Source of the DNA: Oceanispirochaeta sp.
Lineage (GTDB): Bacteria; Spirochaetota; Spirochaetia; DSM-2461
Assembly: GCA_963663385.2 (NCBI GenBank)
Contig: CAXXXD010000003.1
Coordinates: 1,024,001 to 1,088,000, forward strand
DNA: 64,000 bases
Reading direction: 5' to 3'
The notes under the pieces were generated by a model. The model searched no databases, was not told where the DNA came from, and saw nothing but the letters and a program-made list of their open reading frames with translations. A program made the position numbers and the translations under genes. This document shows positions 27,770 to 37,612 of the stretch, in pieces. How positions within the stretch are numbered: the stretch's first letter is position 1; the number at the start of each line of letters is the position of its first letter.

Positions 27770-29950
27770 TCATTCAGTGAGCTGTTCTCTTTCAGCTTCA
27801 ACCATTAACCTTTCAATTCCGGGTACAAGATTCCTGACATAGGCATCCAGATCCGGGATTTCCTGTCGGTGAAAGCGGAACCCTATGGCTCCGGGATGCC
27901 CCCCGCCATTTCCAATGTGAAACTCATCCAGAATTTTCCGGACATCCAGGTCCTTGTAGCTTCGGCTCCGTCTGATTCTGAACTGTATCAGGTCAGAATC
28001 CTGCTTATCATCGTAGTAGGCCACAAGGCTGAGCTGGCGGCTCATTTCTGCCAGTGAATCTGCTGTATAGCGGGCTACGGTAACAATCGTTTCATGATCG
28101 TACTTCTTTCTCATCTCTTCAATTATTCTTTGAGGTATAATAACCGTTCCGATTCTGGGTGAAATAACAACTTTCTGATCCATCATTAGGCGATGGCATT
28201 CATCTTCTTCAAAGGATAGCTGCTGCAGTCCTTCGAAAACTTCATCCATGGTTGAGAAGTTATTGGAGTCTTTTCGGGTAATATTGGACAGAAGCTGGTT
28301 GAACATGGTGCTGAAAAGCCTGTAGAACCATCTCTCCCGTCTTGTTTTAAGATATTTTCCCATTTTGGAATCCCCGATGATTCCCGTCAGAACGGCCAGT
28401 ACAAAGTTCCGGGAAAACAGCTCCTGAATATTAAATGACCGTATCAGTTCTTCCCGGTTCTTCAATTTTAAGGCAAGCATCCCTACCAGTTCACTGGCGG
28501 ACGACGCTTCATCTACCAGGCAATAGCCTGTATCACCGATATATGCACTGTCTGCCTCCAGGTGATGATCAATTTCAATTTTGAGTATATCCGGATCATA
28601 CATCAGTTGACGGGAATCTCTGAATTTCTCCTGCATAACCGGTTTGGGGGTATCCATTATAAAGATTGTGGAAATATTTCCTGGAAGTTTGTCATTGTTG
28701 CTGAATATCTGAATATCATTATAACGGCAGATGTTCAGAAGATACTGAAAGTTCTCGTGAATCTTTCCGGGAATAAGCAGGCAGGCTGTTTTGGAAAATT
28801 TATTCAAAAGAATACTGATGGCGATCATGGAAGATATACAATCTTCATCAGGGTTCTGATGACCAGTCACCAGGAAATTATCCCTGTCTGCCATGGCATC
28901 CAGGATATTGTTTATAGTCCTGTTTCTTTGCCTGATACTATCAATGCGGGTCTTGGCCAATTTCTTCCCCTTCCGGACACTCCAGAGGCGTGCCGTATCA
29001 CGGCCTGCTTCCTTGGCCAGATAAAGGGCTTTATCTGCCGTTTCAAGCAGTTTTTCCGGGATAACGCCATGATCAGGGCAGCAGGAAATACCAATGCTGG
29101 CGGTAACTTTTTTAAGAGAACCGTCCAGATTTTCCAGGGTATTGATTGTTCTGAGTTCCTCATTCAGGGCAGAGCAGATTTCCAGGGCTTCTTTCCCCTC
29201 GGTAGAAGGGCAGAGGAAGAAAAACTCGTCTCCTCCATAGCGGGCCAGGATATCTTTCTTTCTGAAAAGCTTTTTGAAAACTGCTACCGCTTCAAGAAGA
29301 ACTTTATCTCCTGTTTCCTGGCCGTACAGATTGTTCAGAGTGCCGAAGTGATCCAGATCAATCATTATTATGCTGAGAGGTGTTCCGCTATTCCTGGATT
29401 CTAAAACCCTCTCTTCTATTGCTTCATCAATAAAACGGCGGTTAAAAAGTCCGGTAAAGTCGTCGGTTATAGCCCGGACCCTGGCCTGTTCACCCCATGT
29501 AACCATATCCGATAGGAACGCTCCCGTATTTTTAAGGCGGATGGTGAGGGTATTCAGCATTTTATGCATAATACTGATGCCTGCTTCCGGTTTATTCCCG
29601 ATGTAGTCGTAAAAATCTGCCGCATTCAGGCTTAGCACTATAGTATCGCATTTGGGAATGCAGGTAGCGGAACGGGCGGAGCTGTCAAATATGGACATTT
29701 CTCCCAGAAAATTTCCCTCCGTTATTTCTGCAATCTCCAGGGATTCTCCTCCTCTGGTATTAACGGATATGGCAACGGAACCGGATAATACAATATACAT
29801 TATCTCTCCATCGTCACCTTCGTTAAACAGTACCTCTCCCTCCCGATAGCTTTCTTCTTTCATATGGGTATACAGGGCTTCCAGTTCATCTTCATTAAGA
29901 GAGGATAGAATATCAATGGAGTGCAGGATTTCAATTGGGGTACGGTTCAT
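27770..29950 (-). CDS. cNMP-binding + GGDEF diguanylate cyclase + DHH/DHHA1 phosphoesterase fusion
   Basis: FLGEMSIF..ARSAT; DDFTGLFNRR, IDLDHF, RKKD-ILARY-GGDEF; GHQNPDED, IMDT, IDHH, GIIGDS, GGGHPGAIG. Confidence 0.88.
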   Translation of the reverse strand: MNRTPIEILHSIDILSSLNEDELEALYTHMKEESYREGEVLFNEGDDGEIMYIVLSGSVAISVNTRGGESLEIAEITEGNFLGEMSIFDSSARSATCIPKCDTIVLSLNAADFYDYIGNKPEAGISIMHKMLNTLTIRLKNTGAFLSDMVTWGEQARVRAITDDFTGLFNRRFIDEAIEERVLESRNSGTPLSIIMIDLDHFGTLNNLYGQETGDKVLLEAVAVFKKLFRKKDILARYGGDEFFFLCPSTEGKEALEICSALNEELRTINTLENLDGSLKKVTASIGISCCPDHGVIPEKLLETADKALYLAKEAGRDTARLWSVRKGKKLAKTRIDSIRQRNRTINNILDAMADRDNFLVTGHQNPDEDCISSMIAISILLNKFSKTACLLIPGKIHENFQYLLNICRYNDIQIFSNNDKLPGNISTIFIMDTPKPVMQEKFRDSRQLMYDPDILKIEIDHHLEADSAYIGDTGYCLVDEASSASELVGMLALKLKNREELIRSFNIQELFSRNFVLAVLTGIIGDSKMGKYLKTRRERWFYRLFSTMFNQLLSNITRKDSNNFSTMDEVFEGLQQLSFEEDECHRLMMDQKVVISPRIGTVIIPQRIIEEMRKKYDHETIVTVARYTADSLAEMSRQLSLVAYYDDKQDSDLIQFRIRRSRSYKDLDVRKILDEFHIGNGGGHPGAIGFRFHRQEIPDLDAYVRNLVPGIERLMVEAEREQLTE

Positions 29951-30945
29951 GGCTTATCTCTCAGATCTTCAGGAAACAGAACCAGGTCCCCGCCCCGTCT
30001 TCTTCCCTCCAGAGGGAGTTCATGGGTCTGGGAGGCCAGTGCTTCAGGGCTGGTTCCATTTTCCGGAAAAAGGGATATCCCCACACTTCCAGTAAGGGGG
30101 AAATCTTTCCCGCCGCACACGGAACTGACATCCAGGTGATGGATAAAGTCCCTGATCGAGACTCCAAGGCTATAGGCTTCTTTCCGGGATGGATTATTCA
30201 GAATAACTGCCATGGCGTTCCCTTTGTAACGGACCACCCTGTTGTCATCCCCGATAAAATCCCGCAGCCTTCTGGCGATTATTCTGATAGCCGAATCACC
30301 TGCCTCATGACCGTATGTATCATTCAGGTCTTTAAAGTTATCCGGTTTGACGATCAGAAGGGCAAAACGATTTTCCCCTTTCACCATTTTACGAATCTTC
30401 TCCATAAGAAAAACCTGATTATAGATTCCGGTCAGTTTATCCCTGTATACCTGTTTTTTCAGTTCCTGCATAAGGGGGGAATTCTCTTTGATAAGAGCAT
30501 TGGCGCTTCGGATCCTGCCGGCAAAATTCACAAGGATTTTGTGAAGGATACGGGCTGAAAGATCCGGATGGGTATTTAAAATTTCCCTGAAACCGGTTCC
30601 GGCTTTAGGAAAAATAAGCAATTTTGTCTCTTTCATAGCCAGTGCATTAGCCTCCCGGGGTGTTTCAGTAAACAGATCGAGCTCTCCGAAACAGCTGCCG
30701 GGTATAAGTCGTGCGATATCAACTCCTTCTTCAAACTCTTCTTCCCGCCGGACAACAACTTCACCGGACTGAACAATGTACAGGGCTGAACCCGGGTCTC
30801 CCTCTGAAAAGACAGGCTCTCCTTTGGTAAAAACTCTATACTCGCTGTTATTGGCAATAATTTTTATTTCATGTGTCAGTAGCAGGGAGAATATATCCGT
30901 CTGTTTAAGAAGATCCGATTTTGAAGAAGGCAGTTTTCTAGGCAT
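29947..30945 (-). CDS. cNMP-binding protein with a degenerate GGDEF domain
   Basis: FSEGDPG..CFGELDLF..PREANA; DKLTGIYN, YGHEAGD, but the active site reads KGNAM. Confidence 0.85.
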   Translation of the reverse strand: MPRKLPSSKSDLLKQTDIFSLLLTHEIKIIANNSEYRVFTKGEPVFSEGDPGSALYIVQSGEVVVRREEEFEEGVDIARLIPGSCFGELDLFTETPREANALAMKETKLLIFPKAGTGFREILNTHPDLSARILHKILVNFAGRIRSANALIKENSPLMQELKKQVYRDKLTGIYNQVFLMEKIRKMVKGENRFALLIVKPDNFKDLNDTYGHEAGDSAIRIIARRLRDFIGDDNRVVRYKGNAMAVILNNPSRKEAYSLGVSIRDFIHHLDVSSVCGGKDFPLTGSVGISLFPENGTSPEALASQTHELPLEGRRRGGDLVLFPEDLRDKP

Positions 30946-31111
30946 GACAGCTCCGAAAGATGTTTTTCCAATTACGTAGTGTTCATTTTAATAAAGTATA
31001 ATTCTTCAGTCTATAAATATACATGTATATTACGAATAAAAAGACAATTCTTCTATCAGATTTTGACCGGGGGGGCCTGACAGGGCAGGGGGTTATTAAT
31101 ATACTATCCGC

Positions 31112-31729
31112 ATGTCAGAAAAGTGTCTAAAGTGTTTCCGCCCGTTACATACCTGTTACTGCAGGTATATCCATCCTGTAGAGACTCAGGTAAAATTTGT
31201 TTTTCTCATGCATCCCTGGGAGGCTTATAAACAGAAAACCGGAACGGGTCGTCTGGCAAGTCTCTCTCTGGAAAATTCCGAGATTATAGTGGGCAAGAGT
31301 TTTGATCAGAACAGGCGAGTCAAACAGCTTATTCAGGATTCTTCCTATTATCCTATGGTCCTTTATCCGGGAGAGAATGCCTGTTTTGCAGAGACCTTCA
31401 ATTTTGAGGAAAATTCCGGGGGGCGAAAACTGCTTGTATTTCTGCTGGATGCCACATGGGTTCTGGCGCGAAAAATGATGTATCGCAGCAAATGCCTTCA
31501 AGAGCTGCCCCGATTAAGTTTCAGCCGTGCCTACCGTTCTGAATTTGCCATAAAAACGCAACCTGCCGATTACTGCCTTTCCACAATAGAATCTGTCTAC
31601 TATCTGATACAGGAGCTCAGGAAATCCGGTGTCTGTCCGAAAGAGACAGATCCCTCAGGGCTTCTTGATATTTTTAGAATGATGGTATCTTTTCAGCAGG
31701 AATGCCGCAAAAAAAGAATCGGTACTTAA
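31112..31729 (+). CDS. DTW-domain tRNA-uridine aminocarboxypropyltransferase (TapT/YfiP-like)
   Basis: CxxC..C.C, HPWE..TGTGRL, LDATW, LSTIE. Confidence 0.88.
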   Translation: MSEKCLKCFRPLHTCYCRYIHPVETQVKFVFLMHPWEAYKQKTGTGRLASLSLENSEIIVGKSFDQNRRVKQLIQDSSYYPMVLYPGENACFAETFNFEENSGGRKLLVFLLDATWVLARKMMYRSKCLQELPRLSFSRAYRSEFAIKTQPADYCLSTIESVYYLIQELRKSGVCPKETDPSGLLDIFRMMVSFQQECRKKRIGT

Positions 31730-31761
31730 TAGATTAAAATTTATTAAATACCGATTCTTTT
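31712..31761 (+). terminator. Long inverted repeat / intrinsic terminator
   Basis: AAAAGAATCGGTA...TACCGATTCTTTT 13-bp perfect stem spanning the DTW stop codon. Confidence 0.6.
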
Positions 31762-31788
31762 GACAAATCGGAAAACTATACTTATATT
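31760..31788 (+). promoter_or_regulatory. Sigma70-type promoter for the thioredoxin gene
   Basis: TTGACA-N17-TATATT. Confidence 0.55.
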
Positions 31789-31815
31789 GTAATAAATATA
31801 TATAAGGATATTGTT

Positions 31816-32214
31816 ATGAATGTAGTTGCGTTACTGGCTGGTATATTAATTTTATTTTTCGGTTTTCAATATTTTATGGTAATTAAAATGAAGCTGAAAA
31901 AAGGAAAGCCTGCTCCGGCGCTCTCCGGTCAATATGCGAAGGCTGTAAAAAACAAAAAGACCTCCCTCTTCTATTTTTACAGTCCTGCCTGCGGTGCCTG
32001 CAAGTCCATGACTCCCGTGGTTTCCCGGTATACAAAAAACAACCCCCGCTGTTTTAAAGTTGACGTATCGAAGGATATGGAAACAGCCCGGGCCTTCGGT
32101 GTGATGGGGACACCCTCAACAGTTCTGGTTGAGAACGGTTTAATCAGGGAATTCCTGGTAGGTCCGAAACCGGAATCAGATCTGACAGCCATGCTTGAAC
32201 TGACCAGGGCCTGA
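31816..32214 (+). CDS. Membrane-anchored thioredoxin-family protein
   Basis: N-terminal TM helix, FYSPACGAC, FGVMGTPS. Confidence 0.85.
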   Translation: MNVVALLAGILILFFGFQYFMVIKMKLKKGKPAPALSGQYAKAVKNKKTSLFYFYSPACGACKSMTPVVSRYTKNNPRCFKVDVSKDMETARAFGVMGTPSTVLVENGLIREFLVGPKPESDLTAMLELTRA

Positions 32215-32277
32215 ATAGACTGTTCCTTTATAGAAATGATATCTTTCCTGTATTATGATAAGCAAATGAGGGTAATA

Positions 32278-32604
32278 ATGAGGAAAGTTTTTTTACTGGT
32301 AATCATGCTTTCCGGGAGTTTGCTATTTGCTTTCGGACGTCATGAATCCGTTTCCTACACGCAGACGGGAGTTATAGTTCTGGTGGGGAATGAACCTCAC
32401 CTGGATATTGTTCTGAAAGGTGGAGACGGCAATGTCTATCTTCTGACCGGAGAAAAAGCGGATGAGCTGATTTCCTACCAGAATCTCGAAGTGGCTGTTA
32501 CGGGTGTTTTCAGGGAGACTCCGGACATCAGATATAAGTATGAACTGAAAGTGGATTCTTTTTATTCAGAGCAGAAGCCTGTGATACTTCCCCCGTCCCG
32601 TTAA
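32278..32604 (+). CDS. Small exported hypothetical protein
   Basis: Signal peptide MRKVFLLVIML..FAFG; GAGG upstream; start uncertain (32236/32266/32278). Confidence 0.6.
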   Translation: MRKVFLLVIMLSGSLLFAFGRHESVSYTQTGVIVLVGNEPHLDIVLKGGDGNVYLLTGEKADELISYQNLEVAVTGVFRETPDIRYKYELKVDSFYSEQKPVILPPSR

Positions 32605-32617
32605 TAGAGGAGGGGGG

Positions 32618-33337
32618 GTGTCGACAATACTGTATATAGAGGAAGAGGATCTGAAATCCCGCAGGATTCTGGATTTTATCCATCATGACGGAAGATCACA
32701 CTTTTACTGGACCAGGGACTGGTCAGCTTCACTATACAGCCGTCTGGCCTATGAGGGCCTGATCTCCACAAGTTATGAAACAGAAAAGGGGGAAATTGTT
32801 CTCCTGCCTGAAATGCAGAGGGCCTATGCCGTATTGGACTGGGATAATCTTCATATTTCCAGACATATAAAAAAAATGATTCGGAAAGAGGCTGGGCCCA
32901 GGCTGACAGTCAATAAGAACTATCCCGGGGTTATAAAATCCATACAGGAGTATCATGATCCCTGCTGGCTTACAGCGGAATACATATCCATTCTTGATCA
33001 GCTCCATAGGGCAGAGGAGGACGGATGCAGGGTTTTATCTGTAGAACTATGGGATCATAACGACAGGCTGGTCGCCGGAGAGGTCGGTTATCAGATTGGT
33101 GCCGTTTATACAAGCCTCAGTGGTTTTTGCCGAAGGCACAGTGGGGGAAAAAACTACGGAACCTGTCAGATGGTTATGCTGGCCCAAAAAATGTTTCAGC
33201 ATGGGATGCATTTCTGGAATATGGGGCATCCTGATATGCCGTATAAAATCCGGCTCGGAGCCAAAGTTCTGGAAAGAGAGGATTTTTTGAAAATCTGGAA
33301 AGAAAGCCGGGATACAAAACTGGAAATTTTAAATTAA
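32618..33337 (+). CDS. Leucyl/phenylalanyl-tRNA-protein transferase-like protein
   Basis: LHISRHIKK, CWLT, SVELW..LVAGEVG..IGAVYTSLSGF, LGAKVLEREDFL resemble Aat. Confidence 0.7.
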   Translation: MSTILYIEEEDLKSRRILDFIHHDGRSHFYWTRDWSASLYSRLAYEGLISTSYETEKGEIVLLPEMQRAYAVLDWDNLHISRHIKKMIRKEAGPRLTVNKNYPGVIKSIQEYHDPCWLTAEYISILDQLHRAEEDGCRVLSVELWDHNDRLVAGEVGYQIGAVYTSLSGFCRRHSGGKNYGTCQMVMLAQKMFQHGMHFWNMGHPDMPYKIRLGAKVLEREDFLKIWKESRDTKLEILN

Positions 33338-33362
33338 GCAGTCATATTGTATCAGCAAAAGG

Positions 33363-33668
33363 TTAATAGGATGTTTCAATAAAAAGGAATTTATTAAATA
33401 ATCGTTTATGAATATAGCGCTCGCCCTTACTGTTAAGGGGATTGCGAACGCCTGGATAGAATTCCAGTCTGACATTTGCGGATTTCCTGTAAAAGTCTTT
33501 TATCAGGTACCCATTTACATACAGAAACTCAAGGTCATCTCTATTCTGTTCTTCAAATCGAATATGGGAATCGGTTGAATCAATTTTCCATTCGTTGTAA
33601 ATTTTTTTCAGCAACTGTTTTTTCTGCCTGCATGTCATGGAATCAATTATAGCCTCAATAATATTCAT
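33363..33668 (-). CDS. Hypothetical protein
   Basis: 101-aa ATG ORF filling an AT-rich gap; no motif recognised. Confidence 0.5.
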   Translation of the reverse strand: MNIIEAIIDSMTCRQKKQLLKKIYNEWKIDSTDSHIRFEEQNRDDLEFLYVNGYLIKDFYRKSANVRLEFYPGVRNPLNSKGERYIHKRLFNKFLFIETSY

Positions 33669-34175
33669 TTGTAAACTATATTTGCGTTTATTTTTAAATT
33701 GATGAACGATTGCTGCTGTGAATTTCCGATCTATTTCTCTATCAGAAGACTATAAACGGGGATCTTGAACTGTTTGTATTGGAATAGGTAGTCAGTCAGA
33801 GCTAAATCCTGTTCCATCAGTCGCATATGTTCAGCACATTTCCTTTTGATTATGGCAATTTGTCTTCTCATACTCTTTCAGCTTAGTAAAACTGAAAACT
33901 ATTAAAGAGATTAACCTTGATTTTAAGATTGCTTACGGCGAACGTGTGTTTATATATTGTTGTATGCAGCAGGTTTCGAAATCGATCCGCTTTTTCACGA
34001 ATCAAAGCCGGGTGTATGATCTTTAACCAATATGACCAAAATGAACAAAATGAACAAAAAGAAAAGAAAGGTAAAATAAGATTCAAATAAAGTCAAAATT
34101 ATTATATTTAACTGGAATTCTTATCATTTTTGCTTTAAATTATCTAACTAAAATGGAACAAGCGGTATTTATTAG

Positions 34176-36377
34176 ATGAAAAAAATCCAGATAAAACTAT
34201 TAGTTTTTATTCTTCTCCCGACAGCACTTCTGTTTATGGTTTCTTTTATATTCATTAACTCTGTTACATCTGCAGCACTTGTAGAGTATGCCGAAACATC
34301 AGCCTGTTCTTTTCTGGGACGTAACGGAGACAACATAGAAAATCGTCTGCAGGAATCACTCAAGATGCTGGACGAGTCCATGAGAACGGTTGAAATACTT
34401 CATAACCAGGGAGTTAAGAATAGAACTCTTCTTCCGGAACTGTTTTTACAGTACCTGAAAGACTCTCCCGATATATTCTCTCTATGGGTCTATTTTGAAC
34501 CGGATGGCTGGGACGGACAGGATACCCTTTATGCTGATACCGGGGACTATGATGAAACCGGTAACTATGCCGTCTGGGCGTACCGGGAAAAAGGATCTCA
34601 GGAGGCTGTTGTTACAACGGAAGCCTGGGGTGTTGAGGAATATGAGGCTGACTACTATGCCATCCCATTTTCCGAGGGGGAGTATTATTTCGATGAACCG
34701 TCCAAGGAAGTCATAAACGATGAGTATTCCATTCTCCTGGTTTCCATCAGTCATGTCGTGCGGGACAGCAGCGGAAAACCCATTGGCGTGGCTGGTGTAG
34801 ATATCTCTCTGGATTTTCTTGACAGTCATGTGAAAGACATTGATGAGAAAAGTTTCGGATTCAGCACTATCGCCCTGACAGATGGCAGTATAGTCGCCGA
34901 CAGTGATGAGGAATCAATCGGTCAGGATTTTAAAAACAAGTATCCTCCGGAAACCAATGAGGCAATTCTCTCTCTTAACGACAGTACCGTGGGGAGTCTG
35001 GAAATTCTATCCGATAAGGGGGGAGAGGAAATCTTCCAGATGGTAAAAGCCATCCGTATAAGCGATTCTCTAACCAGTCTTGTCTACATCCTGAATATAC
35101 CAAGAAGATATATTCTGCAAATTCCGGGAAGAATATTCAATTTCAGCATGATTTTTATCATTTCAGTGCTTGCTATCCTCCTTGGGGTGATTCTGTTTGC
35201 CTCACATAAAATTTCCGGTCCCCTTGTGATTCTAAGGGATGCATTCAATAAAATATCCTCAGGAGATCTGCGGATAGAGACAGCCGTTCCCAATCGGGAC
35301 GAGAGCGGTCAGCTTGCTGCCGGATTTAACAGATTCAGCGCCATTCTCAGTGATAAACTGACTCTTGTCCAGAACTCAATAGACCAGCTTCGGGAGAACA
35401 GCAGAGTCCTTTCGGACAACATGAACAAAACCCAATCCTCATTTGAAGGGATTGCTGATTCCATTTCAAAGGTCGTAACAGCCGGGACCCATAACAGTCA
35501 GGAGATCGAGACAGCTGAAAAGTCAGTGGGTATAATTAATGAAGGAATTCTTTCTCTGAAAAAGAATATAGCTCTACAGGATGAAACATTTCTTGAATCC
35601 TCGTCTGCTATTGAAGAGATGCTGGCAAATATAAGCTCTGTTTCTTCTCTGGTTAACCAGTCAAGCAGTTACTATTCGGATCTTAAAGATACTTCCGCCA
35701 AAGGAGAGCTTCTTCTTTCCGAAGTTATCACCCGGATAAACGGTATCTATAATAAATCGTCCGACCTGCTGGAGACAAATACGCTTATTGCCAATATTGC
35801 TTCTCAAACCAATCTACTGTCCATGAATGCGGCAATTGAGGCAGCACACGCCGGTGATGCGGGAAAGGGTTTTGCCGTCGTGGCTGATGAGATCAGAAAG
35901 CTGGCAGAGGATACCAGTGAACAGTCTAAAAACATCGAATCCATTTTGACCGATATTGTTAATACCATAAAGATCATAGCGGAAGCTTCGGGGTATGCTG
36001 GAGAGAATTTTTCCAATATACAGGAGCTGATTTCAACAGTAGCCAGATTGGAGGAGGAAGTGAAGATGTCTCTGCAGGAGCAGAGTTCCGGTAGTAAACA
36101 GATCCTGGCTTCTCTGACAGAAATGAAGGAATCTTCTTCACAGATTCAGGAGAAATCTATTGTAATGGCCAGTTCTGTTGACAGTCTCAGCGAGGATATC
36201 GAAAACCTTTCCCGTAACGGCATTCACATCAGAAAGAGTATTGAAAAAGTTTCTGTAGATAATGAAAGTGTTAAGAGTGCTGTGGATGCGGTAGAAGAAT
36301 TCATAGTCAGTAATAGTGATTTAATTGATCAGGTAAACAGTAATATACAATTTTTCCGGTTGAAAGAAGAACTGTGA
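34176..36377 (+). CDS. Methyl-accepting chemotaxis protein (Cache sensor, HAMP)
   Basis: Two TM helices, GKPIGVAGVDI, HAMP (GDL..DESGQLA..FN), LLSMNAAIEAAHAGDAGKGFAVVADEIRKLAE. Confidence 0.95.
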   Translation: MKKIQIKLLVFILLPTALLFMVSFIFINSVTSAALVEYAETSACSFLGRNGDNIENRLQESLKMLDESMRTVEILHNQGVKNRTLLPELFLQYLKDSPDIFSLWVYFEPDGWDGQDTLYADTGDYDETGNYAVWAYREKGSQEAVVTTEAWGVEEYEADYYAIPFSEGEYYFDEPSKEVINDEYSILLVSISHVVRDSSGKPIGVAGVDISLDFLDSHVKDIDEKSFGFSTIALTDGSIVADSDEESIGQDFKNKYPPETNEAILSLNDSTVGSLEILSDKGGEEIFQMVKAIRISDSLTSLVYILNIPRRYILQIPGRIFNFSMIFIISVLAILLGVILFASHKISGPLVILRDAFNKISSGDLRIETAVPNRDESGQLAAGFNRFSAILSDKLTLVQNSIDQLRENSRVLSDNMNKTQSSFEGIADSISKVVTAGTHNSQEIETAEKSVGIINEGILSLKKNIALQDETFLESSSAIEEMLANISSVSSLVNQSSSYYSDLKDTSAKGELLLSEVITRINGIYNKSSDLLETNTLIANIASQTNLLSMNAAIEAAHAGDAGKGFAVVADEIRKLAEDTSEQSKNIESILTDIVNTIKIIAEASGYAGENFSNIQELISTVARLEEEVKMSLQEQSSGSKQILASLTEMKESSSQIQEKSIVMASSVDSLSEDIENLSRNGIHIRKSIEKVSVDNESVKSAVDAVEEFIVSNSDLIDQVNSNIQFFRLKEEL

Positions 36378-36427
36378 TCTATACCAGCACACTCCCCATT
36401 TCCGAACTGTCAAATTACAGAAATTAG

Positions 36428-37096
36428 TCAGGCTGGTAGGGATTCAGCAGAATCCCTATTCAGCCAACCATCAAAAAAAGTTATTTTTCTTTCAAAAAAA
36501 CGAACCAGGCACCCAACAAGAACAGCTGCTGCAATGGTTCCTTCCCGAATACCCGCAAACCTTTTTATCAGAATAAGGGAACTGACAGCGCCGAACAGGA
36601 CAACAAAACTGTCAAAGAGGATTTTTACCATTCCGAACTCCATATGGAAGGTTTCTGCTATGGCGGCGACAAGTCCTTCTCCAGGCAGGTAGGTGAGAGC
36701 TGATTTCACTTCCAGGAATACCCCAAAGCCGATGATCCCGCAGCTGATAAGACAGGCCGTGCACCGTAGGGGGTAGGAGGCAATGGTCAGATCAGAAAGG
36801 AGAAAATTGGAAAAATCTATAAAATATCCAAAGGCTACGGCGGCCGGGAGTTGGATAAGCTGTACAGGTTGATAGTTTTTTCTAAGGAGTATGATCTGAA
36901 ATAAAATGAACAGTATCATCATTATAATGGCAATCTCTCCCATACTCGGGGAAAATCGTAAACTGTAGATGTAGGGTATGCATGAAATGGGAGCCAGTCC
37001 GAGGTCGGCTTTAACAGACAAAGCAATTCCCAGAGACATGATGAAAAGCCCGGATACAAGGATAATCGTTTTTTTAAAAAGGCAGCATATTCTCAT
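36428..37096 (-). CDS. YczE/YyaS/YitT-family membrane protein
   Basis: SLGIALSVKADLG..P, LPGEG, GIREGTI; hydrophobic throughout. Confidence 0.85.
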   Translation of the reverse strand: MRICCLFKKTIILVSGLFIMSLGIALSVKADLGLAPISCIPYIYSLRFSPSMGEIAIIMMILFILFQIILLRKNYQPVQLIQLPAAVAFGYFIDFSNFLLSDLTIASYPLRCTACLISCGIIGFGVFLEVKSALTYLPGEGLVAAIAETFHMEFGMVKILFDSFVVLFGAVSSLILIKRFAGIREGTIAAAVLVGCLVRFFERKITFFDGWLNRDSAESLPA

Positions 37097-37255
37097 AACT
37101 TCAGGTTACACCAATAACTTTCACATTGGAAGCAATTTAAAAGTGTCCATATAGTACAGGGCTGCATTTTTTTCTGTTCATGATTAATCACGACATAATG
37201 TTGTCATATATAGGGGGGTATATTAGGTTTATCAATAATCAGGGAGAAATAAACA

Positions 37256-37606
37256 ATGAAAAAAGAAATTACAGCGGATAGTGATCTGATTGCCTATTGC
37301 GGCCTTTATTGCGGAGCCTGCCCCCGTTATCTGAAAAGGAAATGCGCCGGCTGCCGTGAGAGTGATAAACTATCCTGGTGCAAGATCAGAAACTGCAACG
37401 AGGAAAATGAATTTCACAGCTGTGCTGACTGTACTCTAATGGATTTTGCCGATTGTAAACTGAACCATAATTTCATGTCCCGATTTTTCAGCCTTATCTT
37501 TAATTCTGACAGGGATGCCTGTGTCGCCAGGATAAAAGCCGCTGGAAAAGAGGTTTATGCAGAAGAAATGGCTAAACGGGGGAGTCAGACTATCCTCCGG
37601 AAATAG
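37256..37606 (+). CDS. DUF3795 Cys-rich protein
   Basis: IAYCGLYCGAC..CAGC..C.IRNC..CADC..C. Confidence 0.85.
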   Translation: MKKEITADSDLIAYCGLYCGACPRYLKRKCAGCRESDKLSWCKIRNCNEENEFHSCADCTLMDFADCKLNHNFMSRFFSLIFNSDRDACVARIKAAGKEVYAEEMAKRGSQTILRK

Positions 37607-37612
37607 GATATA

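Noticed and set aside
28562..29404. 280-aa plus-strand ORF
   Set aside because: Antisense to the motif-rich cNMP-GGDEF-DHH gene
33900..34170. c-di-GMP riboswitch upstream of the MCP gene
   Set aside because: Could not find the conserved GGCAAA/GNRA/GCAAA elements on either strand by eye
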